DNA of 64,000 bases from Octopus vulgaris (lineage: Eukaryota), in assembly GCA_951406725.2 (NCBI GenBank), contig OX597820.1, forward strand, positions 63,426,001-63,490,000, given 5' to 3'. The stretch's first letter is position 1; every line of letters begins with the position of its first letter. Shown one piece after another: positions 40,038 to 51,325 of the stretch. The position numbers and the translations under genes were made by a program. Under the pieces are notes generated by a model that ran no database searches, was not told the DNA's origin, and saw nothing but the letters and a program-made list of their open reading frames with translations.

Positions 40038-41302
40038 TTGGCTCATCCCATAAATAATGTGGTTTTTCAATTGCATGAACTAAAAGTCGAAGTGGAACGG
40101 GATAAACCACCTGCACCAACTTGCTATGAAAGCAGATGGTAATTTTGCCTTGTATTTATTCTTAGAGCAAATCTTGAAGGGTGCAGTTCGGTTTTAACAG
40201 TTATTTTTTCAAAGATATAATAGAAGTGACAAATCAGACTGTTCGGCATATTTTGTTTATGAATTTAATAAAAGCAACGGCGCAACGGAAAGTGAGAGTA
40301 ATTTTAATGCAGTACATGAGGATCGGACAATAAGCGTAAGCCAGTGCCAATTGTGGTGCCAGAAATTCCGAGTCTGAAACTACAGCCTAGAAGACGATCC
40401 ACATCCTGAAGGAGCTGTAGAGCTCAAACAGGACGTCCTGCAAACCCTAGTGGAAGAATATGCCCTCGTAAATGCAGAGAAACTTGGATATGGTCATTCA
40501 ACTATTTATCGACAACTGTGTTCCATCAGATGAGTCCCAAAATTGGGTCAATGCGTTCCTCACAAACTTTCCGAGTTTAACCGCGTGCAGAGAGTGATTG
40601 TGTGCTCTTTTTTGCTGTCACGTCTCACGAATGAACCTTTTTAAAAGCGAATCGTGACTGGTGACGAGAAATTGGTTCTCTATAAGAAAACATATCAAGC
40701 TTTGAAGACTGTGGGTAGGGTAAGGAGAAACACTGGCACCCCAGGCTAAAGAAGGTCTTCGGCCACGTAAGTTGTTGTTATATGCTTGGTGGGATATGAA
40801 GGGTTGAGTCGACTTTAAATTTTTAAACCCAAACCGAACTATAACAGATGCGAGCCAATGCGAGAAGCTTGAGCAGCTTAAGTTAGTACTAGAAGAAAAA
40901 GGACCATATTTGGTCTCTTCCATCAGGATAGTGCTCGGCCACATACAACGAGGATAACATTCCAATGGTTGGCGCAGTTTGAAGACGAAAAGCTGCCCCA
41001 CCCACCATATTCCCCGGACGTTGCCCCATCTGCTTTTCATTCATTTATTCTGCAGTCTTCAAAATCATTTGGACGGAAAAATATGGATTCTGTAGACGAG
41101 GTCAAAACAGTAGTAAAGCAGTATTTTTGGTCAGAGTAAAGTGAACTTTGGATGAGCGGCCTTGTAAGTCTACCAGAGATATGGAAGAGTGTTGTAGAAA
41201 ATAAAGGGGAGTATTTTGTAGCTTTTAAAAGAACTTTGTTTATCTTAAATATTTAAATAAAAGAAGTATAAAAACAACAGCATTATTTATGGGTTGACGC
41301 AA
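40038..41302 (+). mobile_element. Full-length decayed mariner (DD34D-type) element
   Basis: TIRs TTGGCTCATCCCATAAATAATG / CATTATTTATGGGTTGACGCAA. Transposase motifs CVPHKL, RIVTGDEK, HQDSARPH and HPPYSPDVAPS. Length ~1.26 kb. Confidence 0.92.
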
Positions 41303-41742
41303 TATTTTATCCGAAAACACCAAGATTTCGGTTTTATTGTCTCCATTTTTTGTTGCAGAGACCTCAATAGCATATTTAGTTTGTGTATCGATTTAGTCCC
41401 ATTGCTGCATTCTTACACTTAGCAGTCTCTTCTTAGGTTGATGTTGCAATTGGCTTATAATGAATTGCTTATAATGCAATTGGCTTATAATTTCCGCTGG
41501 AGTGGAAATCGCAATAATACCGAGTAGATAACAGATGAAAAAAAATGTTAAATCAGCTCCACATTTGTTTTCTTTCTTTTCGTTATTTCTTTTTTCGTAT
41601 CGTTTATGTCTAATTTTTCCCAGTATCAGAAAAAAGTTATTTAATAAGGTACGTTGTTCTCTTTGCTAAGTAGTGATTCGCTGAAAAAGTTGAACAATTC
41701 CAAGTGTATGCCCTTATAGCATATCTACAAATTTCATTTACA

Positions 41743-42157
41743 CATATCAAGATAAACAGCACATGACCTTGCAGGTGGGGCCCAGTTTGAATTTTATTCT
41801 AATCGAGTAACTCATCCTGCTCCAAAGATCCCTGAATAAGCGTTGTTTAAGGATGCTGAATGAAACACCTACGTTTCCAAAGGTGAATTATTCAAACCTC
41901 CAAGAATCCCACTCAACACATGGCTATGATACTCCCCCACTACTTCTGCTCGTGATCAGAGATGCACATATCGTCAGCTACTAAGGGACATGATCAACTG
42001 GTTAAGATCAAACAACTGACAAGCAAATCTGTGTTACTGAGCAGAATATTTGCAGTAGCCCATCTTTTATACCAAGACAAAACAATGTACATGATAACAC
42101 TTCCAGTCAGTTAAGATCAGAAGCCACTAGAGCCACTGCCTGGTACTGCATCAGGGC

Positions 42158-42196
<39 letters not shown>

Positions 42197-42201
42197 TAAT
42201 T

Positions 42202-42255
<54 letters not shown>

Positions 42256-42615
42256 GAGTGAGAGAGTAGTTCATGCCATCAAAGTGACACTGGGGTAAAA
42301 TGTACGAAGCCCAATATACCCATCATGACTACCCGTCTGATAAAGGTACACCAGGCACATGCATCACAACCATATGTGCGCGACATGGTGATCTCATATC
42401 AAGATAAACAGCACATGACCTTGCAGGTGGGGCCCAGTTAGAATTTTCTTCAGGTTGAGTAGCCCATCCTGCTCAAAAGGTCCCTGAATAAGGGTTGCTT
42501 TAGGATGTTGAACGAAACACCTATGTTTCCAGAGGTGAGTTATTCAAACCCCAAAGAATCCTCTCTCAACACATGGCCATGATGCTCCCCCACTAAGCCA
42601 TGATGCTCCCCCACC
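41743..42615 (-). mobile_element. Two partial tandem copies of a non-coding (TAA)n-associated element
   Basis: 41743-41942 approximately equals 42395-42595. Copies 41743-42159 and 42256-42615 are separated and followed by (TTA)n. Orientation is inferred. Confidence 0.7.
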
Positions 42616-42762
<147 letters not shown>

Positions 42763-42916
42763 GTCATTTACTTTTAATCTGCATGTTTGATGCAATCACC
42801 TGCCGGGGCACACCCAGCGCCCTAGGGCAAGTGAAGGTTAAGAGTTGTTGAAATATAGCTGAAAGCTTGGGGAGGGGAAGTAGAGAAATATCTCCATGTA
42901 ATACAAACACAAACAT

Positions 42917-45900
42917 TTACATTGATAGGGTTTTTCTAAGGATGTGGGCAGTACTTGTTAGCACAATCTTTTGGATTTCCTTGAGACATGGTTTTCCAGG
43001 GATATTGTCTAGGTGTTTCTGACATCCCTTTTTTATCATACCTAGGGCACCTACAATAACAGGAACAGTTTTTGTTTTAAGATTCCACATCCTCTGTATT
43101 TCGATTTCCAGGTCCTTATATTTACTAAGTTTGTCAAATTCCTTGACAGATACATTTTTATCAGTGGGGACGCTTACTTCTATTAGTCTGCAGGTATTTT
43201 CTTCCCTGTCTTTAACAATTATGTCTGGTCGATTAGCCTTGATCGTTCTGTCAGTGTTGACTGGAAAATCCCAGAGGATGGTGACATCTTTACCTTCAAC
43301 AACTGGCTGAGGATGGTGTTCATACCAGTTAGCAGGAGTGTCGGATTTGTAGTGTTTACATATCTTCCAATGTATATACTGTCCTACCCTATCGTGGCGA
43401 TTTTTGTATTCGTTTGGTGTCAGCACAGGACATCCCGAAACGAGATGGTCTATTGTTTCGTCAAATGTGTCACAGAATCTGCATTTAGGGTCAGTACCGT
43501 TTCGGAGAACGTTAGCCTGGTAATTTCTGGTAAACAAGCTTTGATCTTGTGCTGCCATTATGAAGCCTTCAGTCTCTGCTTTCAATCCAGAACTCTTCAG
43601 CCACTGATGGGTTGTTGCTTGGTCTACATCAGCATTTTGGCTTCGGAGAATGTATTGTCCATGCAGGGGCTTCTGGCTCCACCGCCTCTCAATTTGATTC
43701 TGCCCATTCTTTTTTGCAGTCTGCCTGATTCGCTTTGCTTGCTTGGTAGCAGTGGTTTCTGGCTCTTCACCTGATTCAAGGTTAATGCCTAGTTCCCTTT
43801 CGAACTTATAAGCTTCCTTGACAATAGAATGCAGCTTTTTGCTGCTTTCGTGTTCACACACAAGTCGCAGCATCCAGTCGTTTGTACTAGATAGGTACCT
43901 GTTCATTCCTACAGTAGAGGTCTTATAGCACAGCTCCAATTGCATCATTCCTCTCCCCCCGCTGCTTCTAGGTAGGTACAAGCGGTCTACATCTGCCTTA
44001 GGGTGGTGCATGCTCCTGGATGTCAGTAACTTTCTTGTCTTCCTGTCCAAGCGTTGGAGTTCCGTAAGGTTCCAGTTAATGATGTTAAAACTGTACTGGA
44101 CTACTGGAAGTGCCAGGGTGTTAATGGCCTCAATGCAATTTTTGGAGTTGAGTTCAGTCTTCAGTACAAGCCTTATTCTCCTATAGTACTCCTTTCTTAT
44201 TTTTTCCTTCATAGTAGCATGATGTATACCATCTCCTTCGTTGATTCCTAGGTATTTGTAGCTTTCTTGTGGGTCAAGTTCCTTGATGGTAGTGTCAATA
44301 TCTAATTTAACAGAAGCTGTTTGCCTGAGCTTGCCTCTTACAAAAGTTGCTTTAGCACACTTATCAAGGCCAAAATCCATTCCGATATCATTGCTAAACT
44401 CTTTAACAGTTGTTAGCAGCCCTTCTAGCTCTTGGTCATTCTTGGCAAACAGCTTTAGATCGTCCATATAAAAAAGGTGGTTTATTAACTTGCTAAAAAC
44501 TTTGTACCCATATCTGGCACTATCCAATTCGTTTGAGAGTGGGATCAGTGCCATGCAAAAAAGTAATGGAGAGAGGGAGTCACCTTGAAAGATGCCTCGT
44601 TTGATGTTGATGCTGTTGGACTGGCTCATCCCATTACTATGGCTTAGAAAGAGACGTGTGTTCCACATGGTCATGCTATTCTCTAAGAATTTTGAGACGA
44701 CAGGGGAGATCTTGTATATCTCAAGGGCCTTGAGTATCCATTTATGTGGGACACTGTCATACGCTTTCCTGTAGTCTATCCATGCCATACTCAGGTTTTT
44801 GTTTTTGCTCCGGCAATTCTCTACAATCATTCTGTTTATGAGCAATTGGTCTTTGCACCCATAAGAGTTTCTTTTACAACCTTTTTGAGCTTGTGGAAGG
44901 ATAGAATTTTGTTCAAGGAAAGCGTACATTCTCTCCGTTATTATGGATGTGAGGATTTTGTAGGTGGTGTTGAGACATGTTATTGGCCGGTAATTCTTTG
45001 GGTTTTTTGTGTCTTCGGTTTTAGGTAATAGGTAAGTGGTTCCTTCAGTCAGCCAAGCAGGTATTTGCTCTGGGTTCTGAATGACATCAGACAGAGATGC
45101 AGCGAGATGTTCGTGTACCTCTGTCAAACAATTCAGCCAGAAGTTAGGGATCCGATCCAGTCCTGGGGTTTTCCATTTATGAGCCTTCCTAAGGACACAC
45201 CTTAGCTCCTCTATTCCTATTGCTTCCCATTTCTGTTCTTCAAGTTCATCCAGTCTCTCTTTCTCACGTTCTATCCAGTCAGCCTCAGCATTAAACTCTT
45301 TTTCGTTGCTCCATACCTTCTTCCAGAACTCCTCCACTTCCTCAATCTTAGGTGGATCTTCTATGTGTATTTTATTTTTGCCAATTTCCCTATAAAATTT
45401 CTTTGCATCTGTCTTAAAAAATTTATTTTGTCGATAAAATTTGTTTCTTTTGTCATACCTTCTAAGCCGTTGAGCTTTCAACTGTATCCGTTGTTTCAAC
45501 AGTTCCTTAGTTGCAGGGAGGTTTATGAGATCTTTGATTTTATATTTTTGCTTGATTTTTCTAGCTTTTCTCGGCTTAATATTCACTCCTCTAGCAAGCT
45601 CATCGAGAACTGAAACATCCGCCCGCAGAGATTCAATCTCTTTTTGTATCGCTACTTTCCACTTAGGAGGTTCATTGACATGCCTGGCCTTTTTCTTTGT
45701 CATCTTAATACCTAGTTGGGTAGTTACTACTTTAGCAGTGGAATAAATGAGATTATTTAAGGTTGTCAAATCATTCCCCTTATTTCTTAAGATCTGTCCT
45801 AGGGCAACGTTATATGTCATGATTGTGTTGTTATTTCTTGTGCCATTTGAAAACTTTGGTAGTGGTTCTCTATTAACCATGTCAGTGAGCTCAATCTTGC

Positions 45901-46798
45901 CGAGTTCTCTCATAATGTCCACTTTTGCTTCCATAATCTTTTCTCTATTATTCACCTCAAATTCTATGTCATATCTATTTTGGTTTTCTTGAGGAAGGTC
46001 TACGTTCTCCTCTTTTTTCAAATCTCTCGTCTTCGCTATTCTTTGTTTAACTTCCCCATTGGGAAGTTGATTTGCCGCTTGTACACTGGCTTCTGTGCTA
46101 CTATTACCTATTTCGTCTACATTGTTGCTGTTTTCTTTTGGTCTACCATGAGCTATTAGTGTCCTAATTTTGTCAATTTCAGCGTCAGTTAGTCTTTTGT
46201 TTTTAATTATATCTCTGCGTACATTACTTAATTTATTTGCGTCTATATATCTACGTACGTCATTGCCTACTGAATTTCTCCATGAGATGTATGTTTGTAC
46301 ACTGAGGTTATTGTTTGGGTTTAGTTGGGCTGTATAAAAAGCTTTCAACACATCTCTATAGTCCTCTCTGGTCCATTTTATACGTTTTGCTTTAGGTGGT
46401 GTTTTTGGTGGTGTCACTACAAGTCCAGAGTTAGAAGTATTCTGGTTCTGGTCACCTGGTAGATCGTCTTTTTGAGAGTTTGTTCCAGCAGCAAACTTTT
46501 CGACCCCAGTCTGGTTCCCTACTGGGTAACGCGGTCCTTGTTGTCCCGGGCGATGACCGATCCGGCATGATTTTTGGCTTGTTTTCATTAAATGATTGAC
46601 GGCGACATCAGAGGGGTCCATTTTTTCAGAGTCAACTTTTTGACAAGACGCCGCTTCTGTGACGGTGACAGGGTCAATTTTTTGACAAAACACCGCTTCT
46701 GAATTCTCCGAATTAATATATTGTTCATATCGAACTCGCATAAGACTTACAGATCGAAATTCGCCTCTATTTCTTTTGGTAGTCATGTTTCCGGGCAT
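42917..46798 (-). CDS. Reverse transcriptase with CCHC zinc knuckle and restriction-enzyme-like endonuclease (1293 aa)
   Basis: Motifs WKTPGLD, NYRPITCL, WIDYRKAYDSVPH, GIFQGDSLSPLLF, HLFYMDDLKL, YKYLG, CRFC..DETIDHLVSGC, RHD and RPDIIV..CRLIEVSVP..K.SKY. No stops or frameshifts. Confidence 0.96.
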   Translation of the reverse strand: MPGNMTTKRNRGEFRSVSLMRVRYEQYINSENSEAVFCQKIDPVTVTEAASCQKVDSEKMDPSDVAVNHLMKTSQKSCRIGHRPGQQGPRYPVGNQTGVEKFAAGTNSQKDDLPGDQNQNTSNSGLVVTPPKTPPKAKRIKWTREDYRDVLKAFYTAQLNPNNNLSVQTYISWRNSVGNDVRRYIDANKLSNVRRDIIKNKRLTDAEIDKIRTLIAHGRPKENSNNVDEIGNSSTEASVQAANQLPNGEVKQRIAKTRDLKKEENVDLPQENQNRYDIEFEVNNREKIMEAKVDIMRELGKIELTDMVNREPLPKFSNGTRNNNTIMTYNVALGQILRNKGNDLTTLNNLIYSTAKVVTTQLGIKMTKKKARHVNEPPKWKVAIQKEIESLRADVSVLDELARGVNIKPRKARKIKQKYKIKDLINLPATKELLKQRIQLKAQRLRRYDKRNKFYRQNKFFKTDAKKFYREIGKNKIHIEDPPKIEEVEEFWKKVWSNEKEFNAEADWIEREKERLDELEEQKWEAIGIEELRCVLRKAHKWKTPGLDRIPNFWLNCLTEVHEHLAASLSDVIQNPEQIPAWLTEGTTYLLPKTEDTKNPKNYRPITCLNTTYKILTSIITERMYAFLEQNSILPQAQKGCKRNSYGCKDQLLINRMIVENCRSKNKNLSMAWIDYRKAYDSVPHKWILKALEIYKISPVVSKFLENSMTMWNTRLFLSHSNGMSQSNSINIKRGIFQGDSLSPLLFCMALIPLSNELDSARYGYKVFSKLINHLFYMDDLKLFAKNDQELEGLLTTVKEFSNDIGMDFGLDKCAKATFVRGKLRQTASVKLDIDTTIKELDPQESYKYLGINEGDGIHHATMKEKIRKEYYRRIRLVLKTELNSKNCIEAINTLALPVVQYSFNIINWNLTELQRLDRKTRKLLTSRSMHHPKADVDRLYLPRSSGGRGMMQLELCYKTSTVGMNRYLSSTNDWMLRLVCEHESSKKLHSIVKEAYKFERELGINLESGEEPETTATKQAKRIRQTAKKNGQNQIERRWSQKPLHGQYILRSQNADVDQATTHQWLKSSGLKAETEGFIMAAQDQSLFTRNYQANVLRNGTDPKCRFCDTFDETIDHLVSGCPVLTPNEYKNRHDRVGQYIHWKICKHYKSDTPANWYEHHPQPVVEGKDVTILWDFPVNTDRTIKANRPDIIVKDREENTCRLIEVSVPTDKNVSVKEFDKLSKYKDLEIEIQRMWNLKTKTVPVIVGALGMIKKGCQKHLDNIPGKPCLKEIQKIVLTSTAHILRKTLSM

Positions 46799-46949
46799 AA
46801 CTGTGTAGTGACTTTCTAAATTCAGTGACCAATTTTCTCTTTTTTGCGTTTGTTCGTGAAAAATCGCTTTGTTTTTGTTTTGTTTTCGTCCGCGTAACGT
46901 GGTTTTTCCTTCTGTGTGTACGTGTGAGCGCGTGTATGCATTATTTATG

Positions 46950-47047
46950 CTTTATAATTAAAATGTGTACATGTATGCACAAACAGTTGCATGTATACTT
47001 TATAATTAAAATGTGTACGTGTATGCATAAACAGTTGCATGTATACT
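46950..47047. repeat. 48-bp tandem duplication in the LINE 5' UTR
   Basis: CTTTATAATTAAAATGTGTAC.TGTATGCA.AAACAGTTGCATGTATA occurs twice. Confidence 0.85.
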
Positions 47048-47208
47048 TATTTAATTAATTAATTAATTAATCAATTTATGTACTTACTGTCTTTCAAGAG
47101 CTCTGATGTTCGCTTCTATTTCTTATGCATGTCACATGGAAATATTGTGCATAAAAGAAAGAAAACCATACTATATATGGCAATAATAGTTCGGACTTTT
47201 TAGTTACT

Positions 47209-47890
<682 letters not shown>

Positions 47891-47928
47891 AGAATGAGAA
47901 CCCAGGGTTGGGTTCAAAATTCTACCAG

Positions 47929-47974
47929 GACACGTAATGAAGGCTGAAGTATAAATCTGCCGAAACCTTGTAGT
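47929..47974 (+). ncRNA. Highly degenerate hammerhead-like relic
   Basis: GACAC | GTAATGA | AGGCTG..CTGCC | GAAA | CC | TT | GTAGT. Spacing fits a minimal HHR, but there are two core changes. Confidence 0.35.
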
Positions 47975-50882
47975 AATAAGAAACAAGATGAGGACACATA
48001 GAAATAATGTACAGAGTTCCTCACCTCTAAAATACAGAACGACATATAAACATGTGCAATGGTATGTAATAATAGGATATTGCCGATTACTGCTATGAGG
48101 CTGTGCTACAACAACTCTCATTGCTTCACTGCCTCCGCCATCAGCACCATACGACCTCTTCTACTAATAAGACTCCTCTCTAGAATCAGCACGACCAGTA
48201 AGGAAAACGTGATAACTGACACTTATGAAACTATTGCGAAGCGTGGCTTAGTGTTTGGTGAGTTTAATGAGCAAGGCACTTTATTCTACATAGGCTGCTG
48301 TCCACCTGTATTTCAAAGGGGCCATACTAAATATGTCTGACCGTATATGTTCTTGCGTATGGTGCACCATTTCACTGATTGTGTGCTAACGAATGTTAGG
48401 ATATATATCTGTTTCATTTTCGGTAAGTATTAATCTTCATGTTTTTCTACTATTTTGCAAGGTGATTTAAGAATACATCCAACTTGAATTGACATTATGT
48501 ACAGATATCAAAAATATCTTACGTCCACAATCTGCGTATTCAAATTTTGGCATCTATCTTTCTCTTAAATGACTTTTGAATACGATTGCGGATTTCAGGC
48601 GCCAGATGGCCTGCCATTGAAGCATTCATTGGCCAATACTGAATGGTTTGTAGTAAGTTTGGCCTCATATCTCTATAAACCGAAAAGAGTCGTGCATCAG
48701 CCTGCCACGAGTAATGAATATTGGAATATAAGCATGTGGAGCTGAGCTAAATAAGTTGACAATTTTATCATATTATGTTTTGGCAAGGCAAATACATATT
48801 CCGGAAAACTGTGGAGCAGAGATATTTACATAAACAGAAAAATCATGGTTTACGATACTGTCAGGTTTACAATTCTCCACTATGTAGCAGAAACATGAAG
48901 AATGCCTCAATCCCATGCTAAAAGTCTTCATCACGTCCATATTTCATCTAAGGAAGATTTGTACAGAAGTTTTCAGACTTGCCAACGTTCTATTTTGGTT
49001 TTCTAACCTCCAGTACAATTGGTGAGAGTAAACAAGTTACAAAGAAAGAAAAAAAACTTAGATGAGCAGCAATTAAATTGCTGACATTGATGTTCATACA
49101 AAACCGATCAACAGACCATATTGTTGGAATAATTGAGAGTAGATTAGAAAAGCAATCTCCTCTTCTATGGTTGAATATGGTGGACTAAGTGTTGGTGAAT
49201 CACGTAAAAAATTCGAGAATGCACGAGAGTAACCTTGCAAGAATGGCAGGTGGGCTCAAACACATACGAAGATATTGCTAGTTACAGGCATACATGAAAG
49301 GAGTCGAGCAGTAAAGTCTCATGAATTTTCCCCATTCTATAGTAGTTGCACAGACGGAAGCAACAAAGTCTCTAAAACAGCGCTGCTAAAAGTCAACAAC
49401 AGTATGACGGCAGTAACATACTTTTTGGTTACCGCAAACATCATTTAAGGATGCTTTTCTTCTCCTACTTCTCTCCCCCGTCTTTCAATATATGTATATC
49501 TTTCTAGCTGTAAGCCCATCGACTGACATGAATATCAGCCGAAGTATCATATATCATATATCATTTATATAGAAATAGACAAACAGACAATCAGAGAGAC
49601 AGACAGGCATACAGATAGGTTGATAGAAAGAAAGAAAGAAACAAACATAGATAGATAGATAGATATATGTATATGAGTCTGTATTAAAGAACATATACAT
49701 ATATAGGTATATATGTACAAAGAGAGACAGAGCAGAGAGAGAATGGGGGAGAGAAAGTGATAGAAAGAAAGAATGAATGAAAGGAAGAGGGAGAGAAGTA
49801 GGAATGACAGTTTGAAAGCGAAGGAGAGAAAATTGGTGAGAGAAAGTAAGTTACGGAGAGAAAAAAAAATTAGATGAGCAGCAATTGAATTGCTGACATT
49901 GATATATAAATTCCGATAGAATGTTAGAAACGTTTTTGAAAAAAAATATATATTAAGAGCTAAAGCAAGAAATGGTGATAGAGTAAAAGATATGTCGGAT
50001 TAGGATTGAAGAACCACTTTTTAAAGAAAGAAAAGAAAAAGACAAAGAATAGGAATGATTGATGAAGGAAAAAATTAACTAAACAAAACCAAAAAAAAAC
50101 ATAAATACCTCACCCAACAAACAACCATCTAAAGAAATAGAGTCAAAGATATTAAATTCTACAAACAAATAAATAATATATAACGTAATTGTTTCACACA
50201 AAAAATTGGAAGTACGATGAAGAGAGCGAGTAGAGTAGAGAGACAGAAAGATTAGGAAAACAAGCGTATATAATAGAAACTATATAAATGGCTGCGTTTT
50301 CTAAAATGGCTGACTAATCAGAAGAGGTTGTGATTTGTGCGGGTGTGTGAGTGTGTAAATGTGAGTGCAATTGTATGTGTATATGTTTTCTCTATGTGCA
50401 TGTGTGTGTTTCTGTTTATGAAACACAGCTGACACTAACGAATCTGGACAGGAATCATAGAAAGAAGAAATTAAGGTTGAATGAAATGACAATCGAATAA
50501 GCAAAAAAGAAATTAAGGAATAAAAATATATATAGATGAGTAGTGAAATTGTAGGGGAGCGTAGGACATGTATTGACGGAAATTTCAAACAAAATGAAAG
50601 AAAGCAGTAAAACGGATAGAGGGATGAAAATGAACATTTCAGAAAATATTACATGTGTATGTATATGTGTCTGTATGTATGTATATGTGTTTGCGCGTAT
50701 GTGCTAATATGGCACTTTGGCGTACATGTTTATGAATTTACCTACCTCTAGTCATCTATAAAGACGTCGGTTGCATCCAGTATAGGAGACCATGCAAATG
50801 GAGAATTAGATCAAACTAAATTAAGCAATCATATAAAGTGGATAAGGAATATGGTGTGGGTATCTACTTATACACTCATACC

Positions 50883-50925
<43 letters not shown>

Positions 50926-50926
<1 letters not shown>

Positions 50927-51028
50927 CGCTGTCAAGTTTATTCTTCAGCTTTCCAGGTTCGATAAAATGGTGTACAAATATACTACTGCGCAGAAACTTT
51001 TAAATATAAACGCATATAAGTCTGTACT

Positions 51029-51094
<66 letters not shown>

Positions 51095-51132
51095 CATATT
51101 TATATACATATATACGTGTATATATATACATG

Positions 51133-51200
<68 letters not shown>

Positions 51201-51325
51201 TATATACATATATATGTACACAAGTACACACGTATATGCGTTTATATTTAAAAGTTTCTGCGCAGTAGTATATTTGTACACCATTTTATCGAACCTGAAA
51301 AGCTGAAGAATAAACTCGACAGCGG
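50926..51325. repeat. 110-bp inverted duplication flanking a (TA)n tract
   Basis: Arms 50926-51035 and 51216-51325 with a few mismatches. The right arm continues into a diverged minus-strand SINE (to ~51410). Confidence 0.9.

Larger units (their letters stand above)
42763..47208 (-). mobile_element. Apparently full-length R4/Dong-type non-LTR retrotransposon inserted in (TAA)n
   Basis: Single long ORF with ~410-bp 5' and ~150-bp 3' UTRs. Flanked by (TTA)n 42617-42762 and a compound TTA tract from 47209. Confidence 0.9.

Noticed and set aside
43313-45992. Plus-strand ORFs within the LINE
   Set aside because: Antisense shadows of the RT ORF.
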